DNA of 64,000 bases, taken from the NCBI GenBank assembly GCA_041917755.1, contig JAYRWY010000016.1:112866-176865 (forward strand), given 5' to 3'. A model generated the notes under the pieces. It worked only from the letters and a program-made list of their open reading frames with translations, did no database searches and was not told the DNA's origin. The position numbers were made by a program, and so were the translations under genes. Below are positions 37,209 through 49,140 of this stretch, piece by piece. Positions within the stretch are counted from its first letter, which is position 1. Each line of letters starts with the position of its first letter. Source of the stretch: Alphaproteobacteria bacterium (GTDB lineage: Bacteria > Pseudomonadota > Alphaproteobacteria > UBA9219 > RGZA01).

Positions 37209-37796
37209 CTATAAATGAATGTTATCACCCACCAGAACCAACACGCCGATAAGCACAAATAATACCGCAACGATGCGGTGAATAACCGGCAGTGGCAATT
37301 TGGCGATAATCTTTTTGCCAAAATAAACCACCGGTACATTTGCCGCCATCATACCCAGTGTAGACCCCGCCACCACCATGATGAAGGCCTGATACTTTGC
37401 AGCCAAGGCAATGGTCGCCAATTGCGTTTTATCGCCCATTTCGGCCATGAAGAATGCGATGAAGGTGGTAATGAAAATGCCGACATCACCCTTGCCTTTG
37501 CGTTTTACATCAACGTCATCATCCAGCTTATCGGGAATAAGTACCCAGCCCGCCATCGCGATAAATGAAATGCCAAGTATCCAGCGCAGCAAATCGGGCC
37601 CGATATAGTTGGTGACCATTTCTCCAAAAAACGCCGCGCCAGCGTGATTGAAAATGGTAGAAAACAGAATGCCAAGAACAATCGGTATGGGTTTATGAAA
37701 GCGGCAGATGAGGCAGAGCGATAGCAACTGCGTTTTATCGCCAAGCTCGGCCAAGGCAACGAGCATACCTGATACAAAAAAAGGTTCGATGTTCAT
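37209..37796 (-). CDS. TMEM165/GDT1 (UPF0016) putative Mn2+ exporter
   Basis: Two E-x-G-D-K-T-Q motifs (AELGDKTQL, AEMGDKTQL). Confidence 0.95.
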   Translation of the reverse strand: MNIEPFFVSGMLVALAELGDKTQLLSLCLICRFHKPIPIVLGILFSTIFNHAGAAFFGEMVTNYIGPDLLRWILGISFIAMAGWVLIPDKLDDDVDVKRKGKGDVGIFITTFIAFFMAEMGDKTQLATIALAAKYQAFIMVVAGSTLGMMAANVPVVYFGKKIIAKLPLPVIHRIVAVLFVLIGVLVLVGDNIHL

Positions 37797-37869
37797 GAGT
37801 ACTCCGACATTCTTGCCGGAAATGAGAACATATTGATTAACCCCTGCACACTCCGGCGGCGTGCAGCGT

Positions 37870-37985
37870 TAATCAAAAGTCTCGCGAGGCCTTGTGAGGC
37901 TGTTTGTACCATGCCGCCAAAGGCTGCAATTGTGTTGGCACAAACCCTGCTGGAGATGCAGGAAGCTACTCCCTAATGAGTGAGG
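37870..37985 (-). ncRNA. yybP-ykoY Mn2+ riboswitch
   Basis: Minus strand has AGGGAGUAGC ... GCCAACACAAUU ... GGCAUGGU ... GCGAGAC directly upstream of a UPF0016 gene, the known context for this riboswitch. Boundaries are approximate. Confidence 0.8.
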
Positions 37986-38109
37986 TTGTTTTAAAACGAT
38001 TTTTTGACGCTGTCGAGGAAAATTTTGTCACATAACAGATTTGCTTAGCACTTGTTTTTGCAAGGCAAGCGCTTATTCTAACGTTCTATTCTCAACATTG
38101 CAGGTGCAT

Positions 38110-38421
38110 ATGGTTTCGTTCTTCTACGTGATTGATATTTTGCTGGGTTTCCTTGAAACCATGATGGCCGTCTACGGTATCTTCAGCCTGCTGTTATTCT
38201 TTGGGGTTCTTAATCCCTATGGCCGGATTACCGGCATGATCTGGATGAATTTGCAGGGGTTGTTTGAGCCCATGCTTAAGTACATCCGCCGCTACGTGCC
38301 TGCTTATCGCGGGTTTGATTGGTCATTCCTGATCCTGTATCTGGTTATCATTTTTGTGCGCATGTTGCTGCGTGAATATGGCCCGTTGGGTGCGCATGCG
38401 GTTGCGGTGGGTGTGCAATGA
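38110..38421 (+). CDS. YggT family membrane protein
   Basis: [26 protein letters not shown]. yggT-folD synteny. Confidence 0.88.
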   Translation: MVSFFYVIDILLGFLETMMAVYGIFSLLLFFGVLNPYGRITGMIWMNLQGLFEPMLKYIRRYVPAYRGFDWSFLILYLVIIFVRMLLREYGPLGAHAVAVGVQ

Positions 38422-39269
38422 GTGCCAAAATTATTGATGGCAAAGATGCAGCGGCACGCCTGCGCGCAAAGATTGCGGGCGAAGTTAAGCAGCTCCATCA
38501 CACTAAGCCGGGCTTAGCTGTTATATTGGTTGGCGCAGATCCTGCCAGCGAAGTGTATGTGCGCAACAAGGAAAAAGCAGTATTGGAAGTGGGTATGGCA
38601 TCATTCCCCCATCATTTACCTGCTTCGACCAGCGAAGACGAATTACTGAAACTAATTGATATATTGAATGCGGATGCACGCGTGCATGGCATTTTGGTGC
38701 AATTGCCGTTGCCCGCCCATATCAACTCACAAAAAGTACTGGAACACATCAGCCCGCATAAAGATGTGGACGGGTTTCACCCCGTGAATGCAGGCAAATT
38801 GGCAGTGGGGCAGAATGCCCTGGTGCCGTGTACCCCGCTGGGCTGCATTATCATGCTGCGTGAAAATTTGCCCAATTTGGCGGGCTTAAATGCCGTGGTG
38901 GTTGGTCGTTCCAACATTGTGGGCAAGCCGATTGCGCAGTTGTTATTACAAGCCGATTGCACCGTAACCATCACCCATTCCAAGACCAAGGATTTGGCCG
39001 AGGTATGCCGCAAGGCTGATATTCTTATTGCCGCAATCGGTAAGCCCGAATTCATCAAAGGGGATTGGATTAAGCCTGGTGCAACCGTGATTGATGTGGG
39101 CATCAACCGCATCACCGTAGATGGCAAAACCAAATTGGTGGGCGATGTGGCGTTTAGTGAAGCCGCGCAAGTTGCAGGCGCGATTACCCCCGTGCCCGGC
39201 GGCGTTGGCCCGATGACGATTGCGTGCTTACTCGCCAACACCCTGCGTGCAGCAACTGGACATGGCTAA
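38418..39269 (+). CDS. folD: Methylene-THF dehydrogenase/cyclohydrolase
   Basis: [38 protein letters not shown]. Confidence 0.99.
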   Translation: MSAKIIDGKDAAARLRAKIAGEVKQLHHTKPGLAVILVGADPASEVYVRNKEKAVLEVGMASFPHHLPASTSEDELLKLIDILNADARVHGILVQLPLPAHINSQKVLEHISPHKDVDGFHPVNAGKLAVGQNALVPCTPLGCIIMLRENLPNLAGLNAVVVGRSNIVGKPIAQLLLQADCTVTITHSKTKDLAEVCRKADILIAAIGKPEFIKGDWIKPGATVIDVGINRITVDGKTKLVGDVAFSEAAQVAGAITPVPGGVGPMTIACLLANTLRAATGHG

Positions 39270-39792
39270 ATCAAACAAAAAGCAAACCACCCCACCACAA
39301 GATGTGGTGATGTATATGGGCCTGCCCAATGGCAATATTGCCCAAGCAATTGGCGAGCTGGTGGTGCGTTCAAACCAGCATGAACACTGCATCAAAAACC
39401 TTTATGCAACGATCATTGGGGTAACACCAGAACAAGCCCATACCATTCTAGGTAAGCGCCGGATTGCCGATATCCGCGATGAATGCGAACAGTTATTCGT
39501 GATTAAAACAAAAAATAATGCCGCTATACAAAAGCTTGGCAGGTTGATGAACTCATCGCGTGAGCTGATGAGCCAGCGCAATGACTTTATCCATTCCATA
39601 TCGGGCGTTTCGCTTGATGGAGACTATTTGAAAAAGAACAAAAAGAATTCAAGATATATTGAACAAGACGCAGGCACATTCCGCCGAATAGCCGAACAGC
39701 TTCATAAACTGAATACAGAGCTGATAGCTGCACGCCACAGCGATGCAGGCAAAAATGCTTTTGTCTTGCTAGCCCTTGGTAAAACCAAATAG
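39262..39792 (+). CDS. Hypothetical protein with a HEPN-like RxxxxH motif
   Basis: ATG at 39262 overlaps the folD end. All-helical-looking sequence with IGELVV..NQHE and RNDFIH. Confidence 0.6.
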   Translation: MAKSNKKQTTPPQDVVMYMGLPNGNIAQAIGELVVRSNQHEHCIKNLYATIIGVTPEQAHTILGKRRIADIRDECEQLFVIKTKNNAAIQKLGRLMNSSRELMSQRNDFIHSISGVSLDGDYLKKNKKNSRYIEQDAGTFRRIAEQLHKLNTELIAARHSDAGKNAFVLLALGKTK

Positions 39793-39805
39793 CAAATTAT
39801 GCAGC

Positions 39806-41029
39806 TTACTTTTTCTTAGCCATCGTGCTGAGACGCAGACGCAATGCGTTTAGTTTGATGAAGCCTGCAGCATCCGCTTGATTGTACACGCTGTCTTCCT
39901 CGAACGTCACGTAATCCAGACGGTAGAGGGAGTTTGGCGATTTGCGGCCAACCACAATCGTGTTGCCCTTATACAGTTTCAAGCGAACGGTACCGTTCAC
40001 ATTGGTTTGCGTATGGTCAATCAACGCCTGCAAGGCTTCGCGTTCCGGCGAGAACCAGTAACCGAAATAAACCAGTTCAGCATAGCGTGGCATAATATCG
40101 TCTTTGAGATGCGCAGCGCCTCTATCAAGCGTGATGGATTCAATCGCACGGTGAGCCACATACAGAATGGTGCCACCCGGGGTTTCATACACGCCGCGTG
40201 ATTTCATGCCCACATAACGGTTTTCAACCAAATCCAAACGGCCAATACCGTTCTTCTTGCCGTATTCATTGAGCTTGGTCAGCAAGGTGGCTGGTGACAT
40301 GCGCTGGCCGTTAATGGCCACGGCATCGCCGCGTTCAAACTCGATTTCGATGTATTCGGCTTTATCAGGGGCAGCTTCAGGGGAAATGGTACGTTGATAG
40401 ACCATTTCATCGGCTTCTACCCATGGGTCTTCCAACACGCGACCTTCCGAGCTGGAGTGCAACAGATTTGCATCCACGGAGAATGGTGCTTCGCCCGTCT
40501 TGGCCTTGGTGATGGGGATTTGATGCTTTTCAGCATATTCCAGCAACACAGTGCGCGAATTCAAATCCCATTCACGCCATGGCGCAATCACCTTGATATC
40601 TGGCTTTAAGGCATAATAGGCAAGTTCAAAGCGTACCTGGTCATTACCCTTACCGGTTGCACCATGCGCCACTGCATCTGCGCCAGTTTTATTGGCGATT
40701 TCAATTTGCTTCTTTGCAATCAATGGACGTGCAATTGAGGTGCCCAGCAAATACATGCCTTCATATAAAGCATTCGCACGGAACATAGGGAACACATAAT
40801 CACGCACAAACTCTTCGCGCAAATCTTCAATGAAGATTTCTTTGCAACCGAGCAGTTCTGCCTTTTTACGTGCGGGCTCTACTTCTTCGCCTTGACCTAA
40901 ATCTGCGGTGAAGGTAACAACTTCGGCGCGATAATTATCTTGAAGCCAGCGCAAAATTACGGAGGTGTCCAAGCCGCCGGAAAATGCCAGCACAATTTTT
41001 TTCACGTCTTTTTTATTATCGGTCGCCAT
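39806..41029 (-). CDS. argG: Argininosuccinate synthase
   Basis: [33 protein letters not shown]. Confidence 0.99.
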   Translation of the reverse strand: MATDNKKDVKKIVLAFSGGLDTSVILRWLQDNYRAEVVTFTADLGQGEEVEPARKKAELLGCKEIFIEDLREEFVRDYVFPMFRANALYEGMYLLGTSIARPLIAKKQIEIANKTGADAVAHGATGKGNDQVRFELAYYALKPDIKVIAPWREWDLNSRTVLLEYAEKHQIPITKAKTGEAPFSVDANLLHSSSEGRVLEDPWVEADEMVYQRTISPEAAPDKAEYIEIEFERGDAVAINGQRMSPATLLTKLNEYGKKNGIGRLDLVENRYVGMKSRGVYETPGGTILYVAHRAIESITLDRGAAHLKDDIMPRYAELVYFGYWFSPEREALQALIDHTQTNVNGTVRLKLYKGNTIVVGRKSPNSLYRLDYVTFEEDSVYNQADAAGFIKLNALRLRLSTMAKKK

Positions 41030-41064
41030 CTTGATACCTTTAGGGGGGATTTGATTTGGAGATG

Positions 41065-42939
41065 TTATGCAACGGCCTTGAGGCTGAGTCTAGTCAAACG
41101 TTCCGAAAAGGCTAACGGGTCGGCAAGGGTTTCGCCTTCCAATAAACGCGCCTGATCAAGCAATAACCACGCTAAATCAGCTAGCTGTTCGCTATTTCCG
41201 GCACCCGCCATGGTTGCCATTTTAACAATCAGGCTATGGGTGGGGTTAATTTCAAGGAAACGGCGTGGGTTAAAGCCGTTGCCAAGGCCAGCGGCCTTAT
41301 TCTGGCGCAGCAGCTTCTCGAGGTGAATATCGAGCTCCCCGTCTGCCGCAACAATACACACCGGGCTACTGGTGAGACGGTTGGAGGTGCGAACATCTTT
41401 TACCTGATCGCCATAAATGTCTTTGAGCGATTTAATAAGCAGGGCAATGGTGTCGCTGGAGGCCTTGTTTTCCTCCGGCGTTTCCACCTTCTTGATTTTA
41501 TCAAGATTCATATCACCGCGTGTGGCCGACTTGAACACTTTGTCCTTATAGGTACCCATCGCGCCAACCCAGAAATCATCAATCGCATCGCTGAGCAATA
41601 ACACTTCGATATCACGCGCGCGGAACCCTTCCAGTTGCGGAGAGCGTGCAAGGGATGCCGCATCTTCGCCTGTGATATAATAGATCGCATCCTGTTCAGG
41701 CGGCATGCGTGATACATATTCTTCCAATGTGACGAGTTGCTTTTCCTGCGCGGAAGTTTTGGTGGAATAGGCACGGAAGAGTTTAAGCAAATCTTCACGA
41801 TGATCGAAATCATCGTACAAGCCTTCTTTCAATACTGCGCCGAAATTGCCCCAGAATTTGGCATATTCATCAGCGTTTTCAGATAGTTTTACTAATTCCG
41901 ATAGCACGCGCTTGGTAATGCCGTTCTTCATTTTATGAAGGACAGGATTGTTTTGCAGCATTTCGCGGCTGACATTAAGCGGCAAATCTTCGCTATCAAT
42001 CACGCCTTTGAGGAAACGCAGATATGGCGGCAACAAACCCTCAGCCGCTTCGGTGATGAATACGCGTTTTACGTAGAGCTTTACGCGATGCTGACGGCGT
42101 GGGTCAAACAAATCATGTGGTTTTTGGGTTGGGATAAATAACAGACCTGTGTATTCCAACATACCTTCGGCGCGCCAATGGATGGTTTGCGATGGTTCAT
42201 CATAGGCGTGTGCAACATGATGATAGAATTCTTTATATTCATCGGCAGTGATATCCGACTTTGAGCGCATCCATAAGGCTGCGGCGCGGTTTAGCTTTTC
42301 TGCTTCGTCCTCCCCAAAATAAATAGGGATGGGAATATGATCAGAATAGGCCTGAACGATTGCTTTTAGGCGGTCAATTTCCTGAAACTCACCCTCATCC
42401 TCTTTGAGATGAAGAATGATGTCTGTTCCGGCGATGTTTTTATTAGCTGGCTCAATTGTGTAGGCGCTTTTTCCGTCGGAAACCCAGCGCCATGCTTGTG
42501 CCTCCCCTGCCTTGCGGCTGATGACCTCCACCTTATCGGCGACCATGAATGCGGAATAAAAGCCAACACCGAATTGACCGATGAGGTTCATATCTTTTTT
42601 GGCATCGCCGCTCATTTGTTCCAGAAACGCCTTGGTGCCTGATCGTGCAATGGTGCCAAGATTATCGACGATTTCTTCACGGCTCATGCCGATGCCATTA
42701 TCAGACACGGTTAAGGTACGTTCAGGAATATCGGTGATCAGATGAATGGAAAATTTGGCGGGCGCCAATTCCGGTTGTGTCAACGCAGCATAACGAAGTT
42801 TATCACAGGCATCTGCCGCATTTGAAATCAACTCACGAAGAAAGATTTCTTTTTGGCTATACAGCGCATGCACCACGATATCGAGCAAGCGGCCAACTTC
42901 CGCTTGAAATTCGTGTTGTTCTGGTTTTGCATCAGTCAT
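41065..42939 (-). CDS. htpG: Hsp90 chaperone HtpG
   Basis: [33 protein letters not shown]. Confidence 0.99.
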   Translation of the reverse strand: MTDAKPEQHEFQAEVGRLLDIVVHALYSQKEIFLRELISNAADACDKLRYAALTQPELAPAKFSIHLITDIPERTLTVSDNGIGMSREEIVDNLGTIARSGTKAFLEQMSGDAKKDMNLIGQFGVGFYSAFMVADKVEVISRKAGEAQAWRWVSDGKSAYTIEPANKNIAGTDIILHLKEDEGEFQEIDRLKAIVQAYSDHIPIPIYFGEDEAEKLNRAAALWMRSKSDITADEYKEFYHHVAHAYDEPSQTIHWRAEGMLEYTGLLFIPTQKPHDLFDPRRQHRVKLYVKRVFITEAAEGLLPPYLRFLKGVIDSEDLPLNVSREMLQNNPVLHKMKNGITKRVLSELVKLSENADEYAKFWGNFGAVLKEGLYDDFDHREDLLKLFRAYSTKTSAQEKQLVTLEEYVSRMPPEQDAIYYITGEDAASLARSPQLEGFRARDIEVLLLSDAIDDFWVGAMGTYKDKVFKSATRGDMNLDKIKKVETPEENKASSDTIALLIKSLKDIYGDQVKDVRTSNRLTSSPVCIVAADGELDIHLEKLLRQNKAAGLGNGFNPRRFLEINPTHSLIVKMATMAGAGNSEQLADLAWLLLDQARLLEGETLADPLAFSERLTRLSLKAVA

Positions 42940-42959
42940 GGATTGCTCCTTTCTTTTGG

Positions 42960-44642
42960 TTATTTGCGAACAAGTGGACGATATTTAATACGATGCGGTT
43001 GATCAGCATCCGCGCCCAGACGGCGGCGGCGGTCAGCTTCATAGTCTTGATAATTACCTTCAAACCATTCGACATGGCTGTCGCCTTCGAAGGCAAGAAT
43101 ATGCGTTGCGAGCCTGTCAAGGAACCAACGATCATGGCTGATGACGACAGCGCAACCTGCAAAGTCATTCAGCGCGTCTTCAAGTGCACGCAAGGTATCA
43201 ACATCCAAGTCGTTGGTTGGTTCATCGAGCAGCAATACGTTTGCGCCGGACTTCAACATTTTGGCAAGATGCACGCGGTTGCGTTCACCGCCCGATAGCA
43301 CGCCGACCTTTTTCTGTTGGTCCGTACCCTTGAAGTTAAAGGACGACACATAAGCGCGTGATGGCATGGATTTGGTTCCCAGTTCCAGCACATCATGCCC
43401 GCCGGAAATTTCTTGCCAGACGGTGTTATCATCTTTGAGCGCATCGCGGCTTTGGTCGACATAACCCAACACCACGCTATCGGCAACTTTAAATGTGCCG
43501 GTATCTGGTTTTTCAACGCCGGTAATCATTTTAAACAATGTGGTTTTACCCGCACCGTTTGGCCCGATAACCCCCACGATGCCACCGCGTGGTAGACGGA
43601 AGGTTAGATCATCAATCAATAAGCGATCACCATATGATTTGCTGATGTGTTCGACATCAATAACGTTTTCGCCAAGACGCGGCGGGGTTGGAATAATAAT
43701 TTTAGCGACACCTGATACATCAGCCTGCGTTTGATTGAGCAATTCTTCATACGCTGTAATACGAGCCTTGCTTTTAGCCTGGCGTGCTTTGGGTGATGAA
43801 CGCACCCACTCCAATTCCTTGGCCAATTCCTTTTGACGGCTGTCTTCTTCGCGACCTTCTTGTTCAAGGCGCTTTTGTTTCTGCACCAGCCACGAGGTAT
43901 AGTTACCTTCGTAGGGAATGCCGTGGCCTCTATCGAGTTCTAAAATCCAACCGGTCACATTATCGAGGAAGTATCTATCGTGGGTGACCATCACCACAGT
44001 GCCTTTATAATCAGCCAAAAAGCGCTGTAACCATGCAACTGATTCAGCATCCAAATGGTTGGTTGGTTCATCGAGCAGCAGCATGTCTGGCTTGGATAAT
44101 AGCAACTTACATAGCGCAACGCGGCGACGTTCACCGCCCGAGAGCTTTGTAACATCAGCATCACCCGGCGGGCAACGCAATGCATCCATAGCCAATTCAA
44201 CGGTGCGGCCAATTTCCCATGCACCGGTGCTTTCAATTTTTTCTTGAAGCGCAGCTTGTACTTCAATCAATTTCATCATTTCATCTTCGTCAGTCACTTC
44301 ACCGAGTTTATTGCTGACGTCTTCGAATTCTTTGAGCAGCGCATTGGCATCGCCCATAGCGAGTTCAATATTTTGTTGAACGTTTAATGTAGGATCAAGT
44401 TGTGGTTCTTGGGATAGATAGCCAACCCTCACCCCTTCGGCAGACCATGCTTCACCTGTAAAATCCTTATCGATGCCAGCCATAATACGCATGAGGGTAG
44501 ATTTACCCGAGCCGTTCACACCCAAAACACCGATTTTTGCGCCCGGATAGAAGGATAAAAAGATGTTATCCAGCACCTTTTTGCCACCGGGGTAGGCCTT
44601 TGAAAGGCCCTTCATCACATAGGTATATTGACCAGCCGTCAT
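42960..44642 (-). CDS. ettA: Energy-dependent translational throttle ABC-F protein
   Basis: [24 protein letters not shown], second ABC domain LSGGERNR, C-terminal PHRIKYRPL. Confidence 0.97.
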   Translation of the reverse strand: MTAGQYTYVMKGLSKAYPGGKKVLDNIFLSFYPGAKIGVLGVNGSGKSTLMRIMAGIDKDFTGEAWSAEGVRVGYLSQEPQLDPTLNVQQNIELAMGDANALLKEFEDVSNKLGEVTDEDEMMKLIEVQAALQEKIESTGAWEIGRTVELAMDALRCPPGDADVTKLSGGERRRVALCKLLLSKPDMLLLDEPTNHLDAESVAWLQRFLADYKGTVVMVTHDRYFLDNVTGWILELDRGHGIPYEGNYTSWLVQKQKRLEQEGREEDSRQKELAKELEWVRSSPKARQAKSKARITAYEELLNQTQADVSGVAKIIIPTPPRLGENVIDVEHISKSYGDRLLIDDLTFRLPRGGIVGVIGPNGAGKTTLFKMITGVEKPDTGTFKVADSVVLGYVDQSRDALKDDNTVWQEISGGHDVLELGTKSMPSRAYVSSFNFKGTDQQKKVGVLSGGERNRVHLAKMLKSGANVLLLDEPTNDLDVDTLRALEDALNDFAGCAVVISHDRWFLDRLATHILAFEGDSHVEWFEGNYQDYEADRRRRLGADADQPHRIKYRPLVRK

Positions 44643-44758
44643 TGCATCATTCCTTGTAAGATTAAGCTGTTGTATTTGTGCATCTTTTGAGCTTCTGTCA
44701 ATGGCTTCGCAGCAGATTTATTCTGATTTTTGACATAGTTGATGGCTATGATACGGGC

Positions 44759-45979
44759 ATGTTGTACGCAAACGCATTTTTTATAGCCAGTTTGACCTTG
44801 CTGGCACTTTCAGGCGCACCCGCCATGGCGGCGCCTGATCACGGTGTGCGTCAAGACAACGCTGTGCGGATTGGTGTATTGACCGATATGAGCGGCGGGA
44901 TGGCAGCGGCTTCGGGCCTTGGTTCTGTTGAAGCAGCGCAGCTTGCCGTTGAGGATATGGGAAATAATGTGAATGGCCGGCCGGTGGTGGTCATTAATGC
45001 CGATTTCCAAAATCGCGGAGATCTGGCGCAACATATTTCTGAAAGCTGGATCAACAAACAAGGTGTGGATGTTGTGGTGGATGTACCCAACGGTCCGATA
45101 GCATCACGGTTGCAGGAATATTTTAAAGAACAGAAGAAACTGTTACTGACCTCAAGCCCGAGCTCCACCCGCTTTCGTGATGCATCGTGTCATGGCAATA
45201 GCCTGTCATGGCTGTATGATCGCGACACATTAACTGTGAACTTGATTCAAGCGTTGGTAGATGAAAAAAAGAAACGCTGGTTCATCGTTAAAAGTGATGA
45301 TGGATATAGCAATGATTTGGCCAAAGTTGCAAAAAAACGTATTGCGGAAAGTGGCGGCGAACTGGTTGGCGAAGCACAATTTGGCCGCCGCATGAGTGGC
45401 CTACCCATTATTTTGGAACAAGCGGAAGCCGTTGGCGCAGACATTCTATTTCTGTCATTTGACAGACCCGATAGCATGCACTTGCTAAACCACTGGCCAC
45501 ATGCAGATAGTCATAAAAATATTCCTGTTGCATTCACAACCTTGTCGTTGTGCGATGTGCATGAATTAGGCAGTAAGGATATTCCGCCTCTTTATACCAT
45601 TTCACCGTTTTACTGGAACCAGGATAGCACCACCCGCGATTGGTCAAATAAATTTGCAAGCCGCAATCGTGGTGCAATGCCCACCGATATTCAGGCCAGC
45701 GTTTACTCTTCCGTACGGCATTTCCTGCAAAGCCTGAAAGCATCAACATCCGATGGCGCGCCCGATGTGCTCGCGCGCATGAAATCGATGCTGTTGGATG
45801 ATCCGTTATTCGGCGCCAGCCACATACGCAACGATGGATTGGTTGCGCATCGTTTGCTGCTTTTATCATCGATCAAAGAAAGCGAACGCAGCAAGCCATG
45901 GGATGTGTACAAGATTGTGCGCACCATAAACCCGCAAAACGTGATACTGCCTGCGGAAACCATCTGCAGCAAAGAATAG
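44759..45979 (+). CDS. LivJ/K-type periplasmic substrate-binding protein (orphan)
   Basis: Signal peptide, VRIGVLTDMSG, AAQLAVED, ADFQN, YWNQD. Start taken as the ATG at 44759. Confidence 0.85.
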   Translation: MLYANAFFIASLTLLALSGAPAMAAPDHGVRQDNAVRIGVLTDMSGGMAAASGLGSVEAAQLAVEDMGNNVNGRPVVVINADFQNRGDLAQHISESWINKQGVDVVVDVPNGPIASRLQEYFKEQKKLLLTSSPSSTRFRDASCHGNSLSWLYDRDTLTVNLIQALVDEKKKRWFIVKSDDGYSNDLAKVAKKRIAESGGELVGEAQFGRRMSGLPIILEQAEAVGADILFLSFDRPDSMHLLNHWPHADSHKNIPVAFTTLSLCDVHELGSKDIPPLYTISPFYWNQDSTTRDWSNKFASRNRGAMPTDIQASVYSSVRHFLQSLKASTSDGAPDVLARMKSMLLDDPLFGASHIRNDGLVAHRLLLLSSIKESERSKPWDVYKIVRTINPQNVILPAETICSKE

Positions 45980-45981
45980 AA

Positions 45982-47013
45982 CTATCCAACAAGCTTCTGA
46001 ATATCGAGGGTGCTTTTCACGCCGACATATTCAAAATTGTCATTAAGCCATTTTTTGGTTGCAGATCTCCCTGCTTCACGCAATTGCAACAGCATGGTCC
46101 AGTCGGGATTGAATTTACTTTCCAATGGCAATGTGGACATGATTTTTTCATCGCCCACCATATGCAAATGCAATTCACGCAGGCCGCAGAACTGCTCGTT
46201 CAAGTGGCCTTGGCGCATAAGGGTGTTAATGAGATGCATGCCGCGCAACTCCACCAATAAAGGCGAATTAAAGCTGATTTCATTAAGGCGATCGGCAATG
46301 CTGTCTGGGGTTCGCGGCACTGCATCGCGGTAAATGGGGTCAATCTGGACAATCATGATGTCTTTAGTGGCATCGCATTCGGTAAGCGGAAAGAGGCTTG
46401 GGTTTCCCATAAAGCCGCCATCCCAATAATAATTTCCATCGATCATTACCGATTGAAACAGTTGCGGCAGGCATGCAGATGCAAGAACAGCGTCCACAGT
46501 CACCTGTGAGCCTGTAAATATTTTTAGCTTACTTTTTAATACATCAGTTGCAGAAATATGCAGATTGATATTATCGCTGTGACGCAGCTCATCAAAATCT
46601 ATCATGCCCAACAAAATATCCTTGAGCGGATTTACACCCAGTGGATTGAGTTGGTAGGGTGAAAAATATTTTGAAATCATATCAAAGCCAGCCATTGCGC
46701 TGGAGGCCATGATTTTCATGGGGTCGATGAAATGGTCTATTGCGCTGGGGGGCGTAAAGCCACCAAAACGGCCAGAATCGCTGACCTTGCGCCAGAATTG
46801 TTCCATCATTTTTATGGCTTTGTCAGGCCCGCCTTTCAGCATGCCATAAGCAAATACCACCGCATTCATGCTTCCTGCGCTTGTGCCGCTGATGGTTTTG
46901 AATGCCACCCGCCCATCAAGCAACAACTGTTCGAGCACACCCCATGTGAATGCACCATGCGCCCCACCGCCTTGCAAGGCGAGGTTGATGATTTTCTTTT
47001 TTTGTTCGGTCAT
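45982..47013 (-). CDS. Patatin-like phospholipase (candidate PHB depolymerase)
   Basis: LQGGGAHGAF, GTSAG, WDGG. Confidence 0.9.
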   Translation of the reverse strand: MTEQKKKIINLALQGGGAHGAFTWGVLEQLLLDGRVAFKTISGTSAGSMNAVVFAYGMLKGGPDKAIKMMEQFWRKVSDSGRFGGFTPPSAIDHFIDPMKIMASSAMAGFDMISKYFSPYQLNPLGVNPLKDILLGMIDFDELRHSDNINLHISATDVLKSKLKIFTGSQVTVDAVLASACLPQLFQSVMIDGNYYWDGGFMGNPSLFPLTECDATKDIMIVQIDPIYRDAVPRTPDSIADRLNEISFNSPLLVELRGMHLINTLMRQGHLNEQFCGLRELHLHMVGDEKIMSTLPLESKFNPDWTMLLQLREAGRSATKKWLNDNFEYVGVKSTLDIQKLVG

Positions 47014-47053
47014 TTTTATTGAAAGAGTTATATCGTGTATGTACTAGCAAAAA

Positions 47054-47845
47054 TTATTGTGCAGACCAGCCGCCATCCATCGTCATGGCTGCACCGGTAA
47101 TCTGTGCGGCGGCATCGCTGCACAAAAATACCAAGAATGCACCCAGTTCTTCTGGTGTTGCAAATTGCTTGGAAGGTTGTTTTTCTGAAAGCAGTTTTTC
47201 TTTTGCTGCATCATTACTGATTTTCTGTTCGGCGGCGATGGCATCAATCTGCTTTTGTACCAATGGGGTCAATACCCAGCCAGGGCAGATTGCATTACAG
47301 GTAATGCCGGAGCCTGCGGTTTCCAGTGCGACCACTTTGGTGAGGCCAATAATTCCGTGTTTTGCAGCGACATAGGCAGCTTTATGGGTTGATGCGACGA
47401 GCCCATGCACCGAAGCGGTGCTGACGATACGGCCCCATTTTTTAGCCTTCATGAGAGGCAACGCATATTTAATGCCGTAAAACGCCGATGATAAGTTAGT
47501 TGCCAAAATGGCATCCCATTTATCGAGCGGAAAGTCTTCAGCAGGAGATGTGAACTGGATGCCCGCATTGTTGACCAGAATATCCACCGAACCCAATTCG
47601 CTGTTGGTTGTTTTAATCATCGCTTCGACTTGGTCGGGCTTGGAAATATCGGCGCCATGATAACGCACCTTCACGCCGAATTCTTTTTCCATACCTGCGC
47701 GTTCAGCTTCAATAGCAGCGGCATCGCCAAAGCCGTTAATCATCACATGCACGCCTTGCGCGGCAAGCACCTTCGCCATTCCCATACCAATTCCGCTGGT
47801 TGAACCGGTAATCACAGCGCATTTGCCTTTGAGTGAATTGGCCAT
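47054..47845 (-). CDS. bdhA: D-3-hydroxybutyrate dehydrogenase
   Basis: TGSTSGIG, NNAGIQ, SVHGLVAS, YVAAKHG, CPGWVLTPLVQKQI. Start corrected to 47845. Confidence 0.95.
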   Translation of the reverse strand: MANSLKGKCAVITGSTSGIGMGMAKVLAAQGVHVMINGFGDAAAIEAERAGMEKEFGVKVRYHGADISKPDQVEAMIKTTNSELGSVDILVNNAGIQFTSPAEDFPLDKWDAILATNLSSAFYGIKYALPLMKAKKWGRIVSTASVHGLVASTHKAAYVAAKHGIIGLTKVVALETAGSGITCNAICPGWVLTPLVQKQIDAIAAEQKISNDAAKEKLLSEKQPSKQFATPEELGAFLVFLCSDAAAQITGAAMTMDGGWSAQ

Positions 47846-47877
47846 GGGTATCTCCTTAATAATGATGATGTGGCTTG

Positions 47878-49107
47878 TTATACACCAGCCACGGCACGTT
47901 GTGCGTTTGTTTTTTTGCGAAGCACTTCCACGCCCGGTAATGCGCAACCTTCAAGCCATTCGAGGAATGCACCGCCAGCTGTGGAGACATAAGACAGGCT
48001 ATCACCCACCTTTGCCATATTCACAGCTGCCACAGTGTCGCCACCACCAGCAACGGATAATACCGCGCCCTTTGATGTAAGGCTGGATACGGTTTTGGCA
48101 ATGGCCATGGTTGCGCGTTCGAACGGCGGAATTTCAAATGCGCCAAGCGGGCCATTCCATACTACGGTTTTAGCAGTGTTTAATGCAGCTTCAATTGCCA
48201 CCACAGTTTTCGGGCCAACATCCAATGCCATTTTATCTGCAGGAATTGCATTTACGGTAACAGTTTCGGTTGGCGCATTGGCAGCGAACGCGCCGGCCAC
48301 CACGACATCGGTTGGCAATAAAATGGTGCAGCCCTTGGCTTGGCTTTCGGCCATAATTTTACGGGCAGTATCCAGCATGTCGGGCTCATAGAGTGATTTA
48401 CCGACTGCGTGACCTTGTGCCGCTAGGAATGTGTTTGCCATACCACCGCCAAGCACCAATACATTCACGCGTCCGGTTAAGTTGCTGAGCAAGGCAAGCT
48501 TGGTTGAAACTTTTGAACCACCGACAATCGCCACCACAGGACGCACTGGCTTTTCCAGCGCTTTGGCCAAGGCTTCGAGCTCGTGCTGCATATCACGGCC
48601 GCAGCAGGACGGCATGATATGCGCAATGCCTTCGGTTGATGAATGGGCACGATGCGTAACGGAAAACGCATCATTCACAAACACATCGCCAAGGGATGCA
48701 AAGGCATTGGACAATGCGGGATCGTTTTCTTCCTCACCTTTGTGAAAGCGTGTGTTTTCAAGCACCAACACATCGCCAGCTTTTAATTTTGCAATGGCAG
48801 CTTTGGCCTTATCGCCAATTGATTCATCACAAAAGCCAACCCGTTCATTGAGCAGGCCAGATAACACAGGAACGATTTGTTCCAATGACATGGAATGATC
48901 AACTTTTCCTTTCGGACGACCAAAATGCGAGAGCACCACGATGCGCGCTTTTTTGGATTTCAATTCATGGATAGTTTTCAGCAGGCGTTGCAATCGGGTC
49001 ATATCGCCCACTACACCGTTTTGCACCGGGACATTTAAATCGCCGCGCAGCAATACAACCTTATTGGATACGTCAACGTCATCCAGAGTGAGAAATTCCC
49101 CGCTCAT
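47878..49107 (-). CDS. pgk: Phosphoglycerate kinase
   Basis: DLNVP, SHFGRP, LENTRF, WNGPLG, STAGGAFLEWLEG. Confidence 0.99.
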   Translation of the reverse strand: MSGEFLTLDDVDVSNKVVLLRGDLNVPVQNGVVGDMTRLQRLLKTIHELKSKKARIVVLSHFGRPKGKVDHSMSLEQIVPVLSGLLNERVGFCDESIGDKAKAAIAKLKAGDVLVLENTRFHKGEEENDPALSNAFASLGDVFVNDAFSVTHRAHSSTEGIAHIMPSCCGRDMQHELEALAKALEKPVRPVVAIVGGSKVSTKLALLSNLTGRVNVLVLGGGMANTFLAAQGHAVGKSLYEPDMLDTARKIMAESQAKGCTILLPTDVVVAGAFAANAPTETVTVNAIPADKMALDVGPKTVVAIEAALNTAKTVVWNGPLGAFEIPPFERATMAIAKTVSSLTSKGAVLSVAGGGDTVAAVNMAKVGDSLSYVSTAGGAFLEWLEGCALPGVEVLRKKTNAQRAVAGV

Positions 49108-49140
49108 AGCTTCTTCCTATCTATATGTATGAATTAAAAA

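Noticed and set aside
37157-37339. 61-aa N-terminal extension of HemN in the ORF track
   Set aside because: It overlaps the UPF0016 gene and has non-protein-like composition. The ATG at 37156 gives a normal-length HemN.
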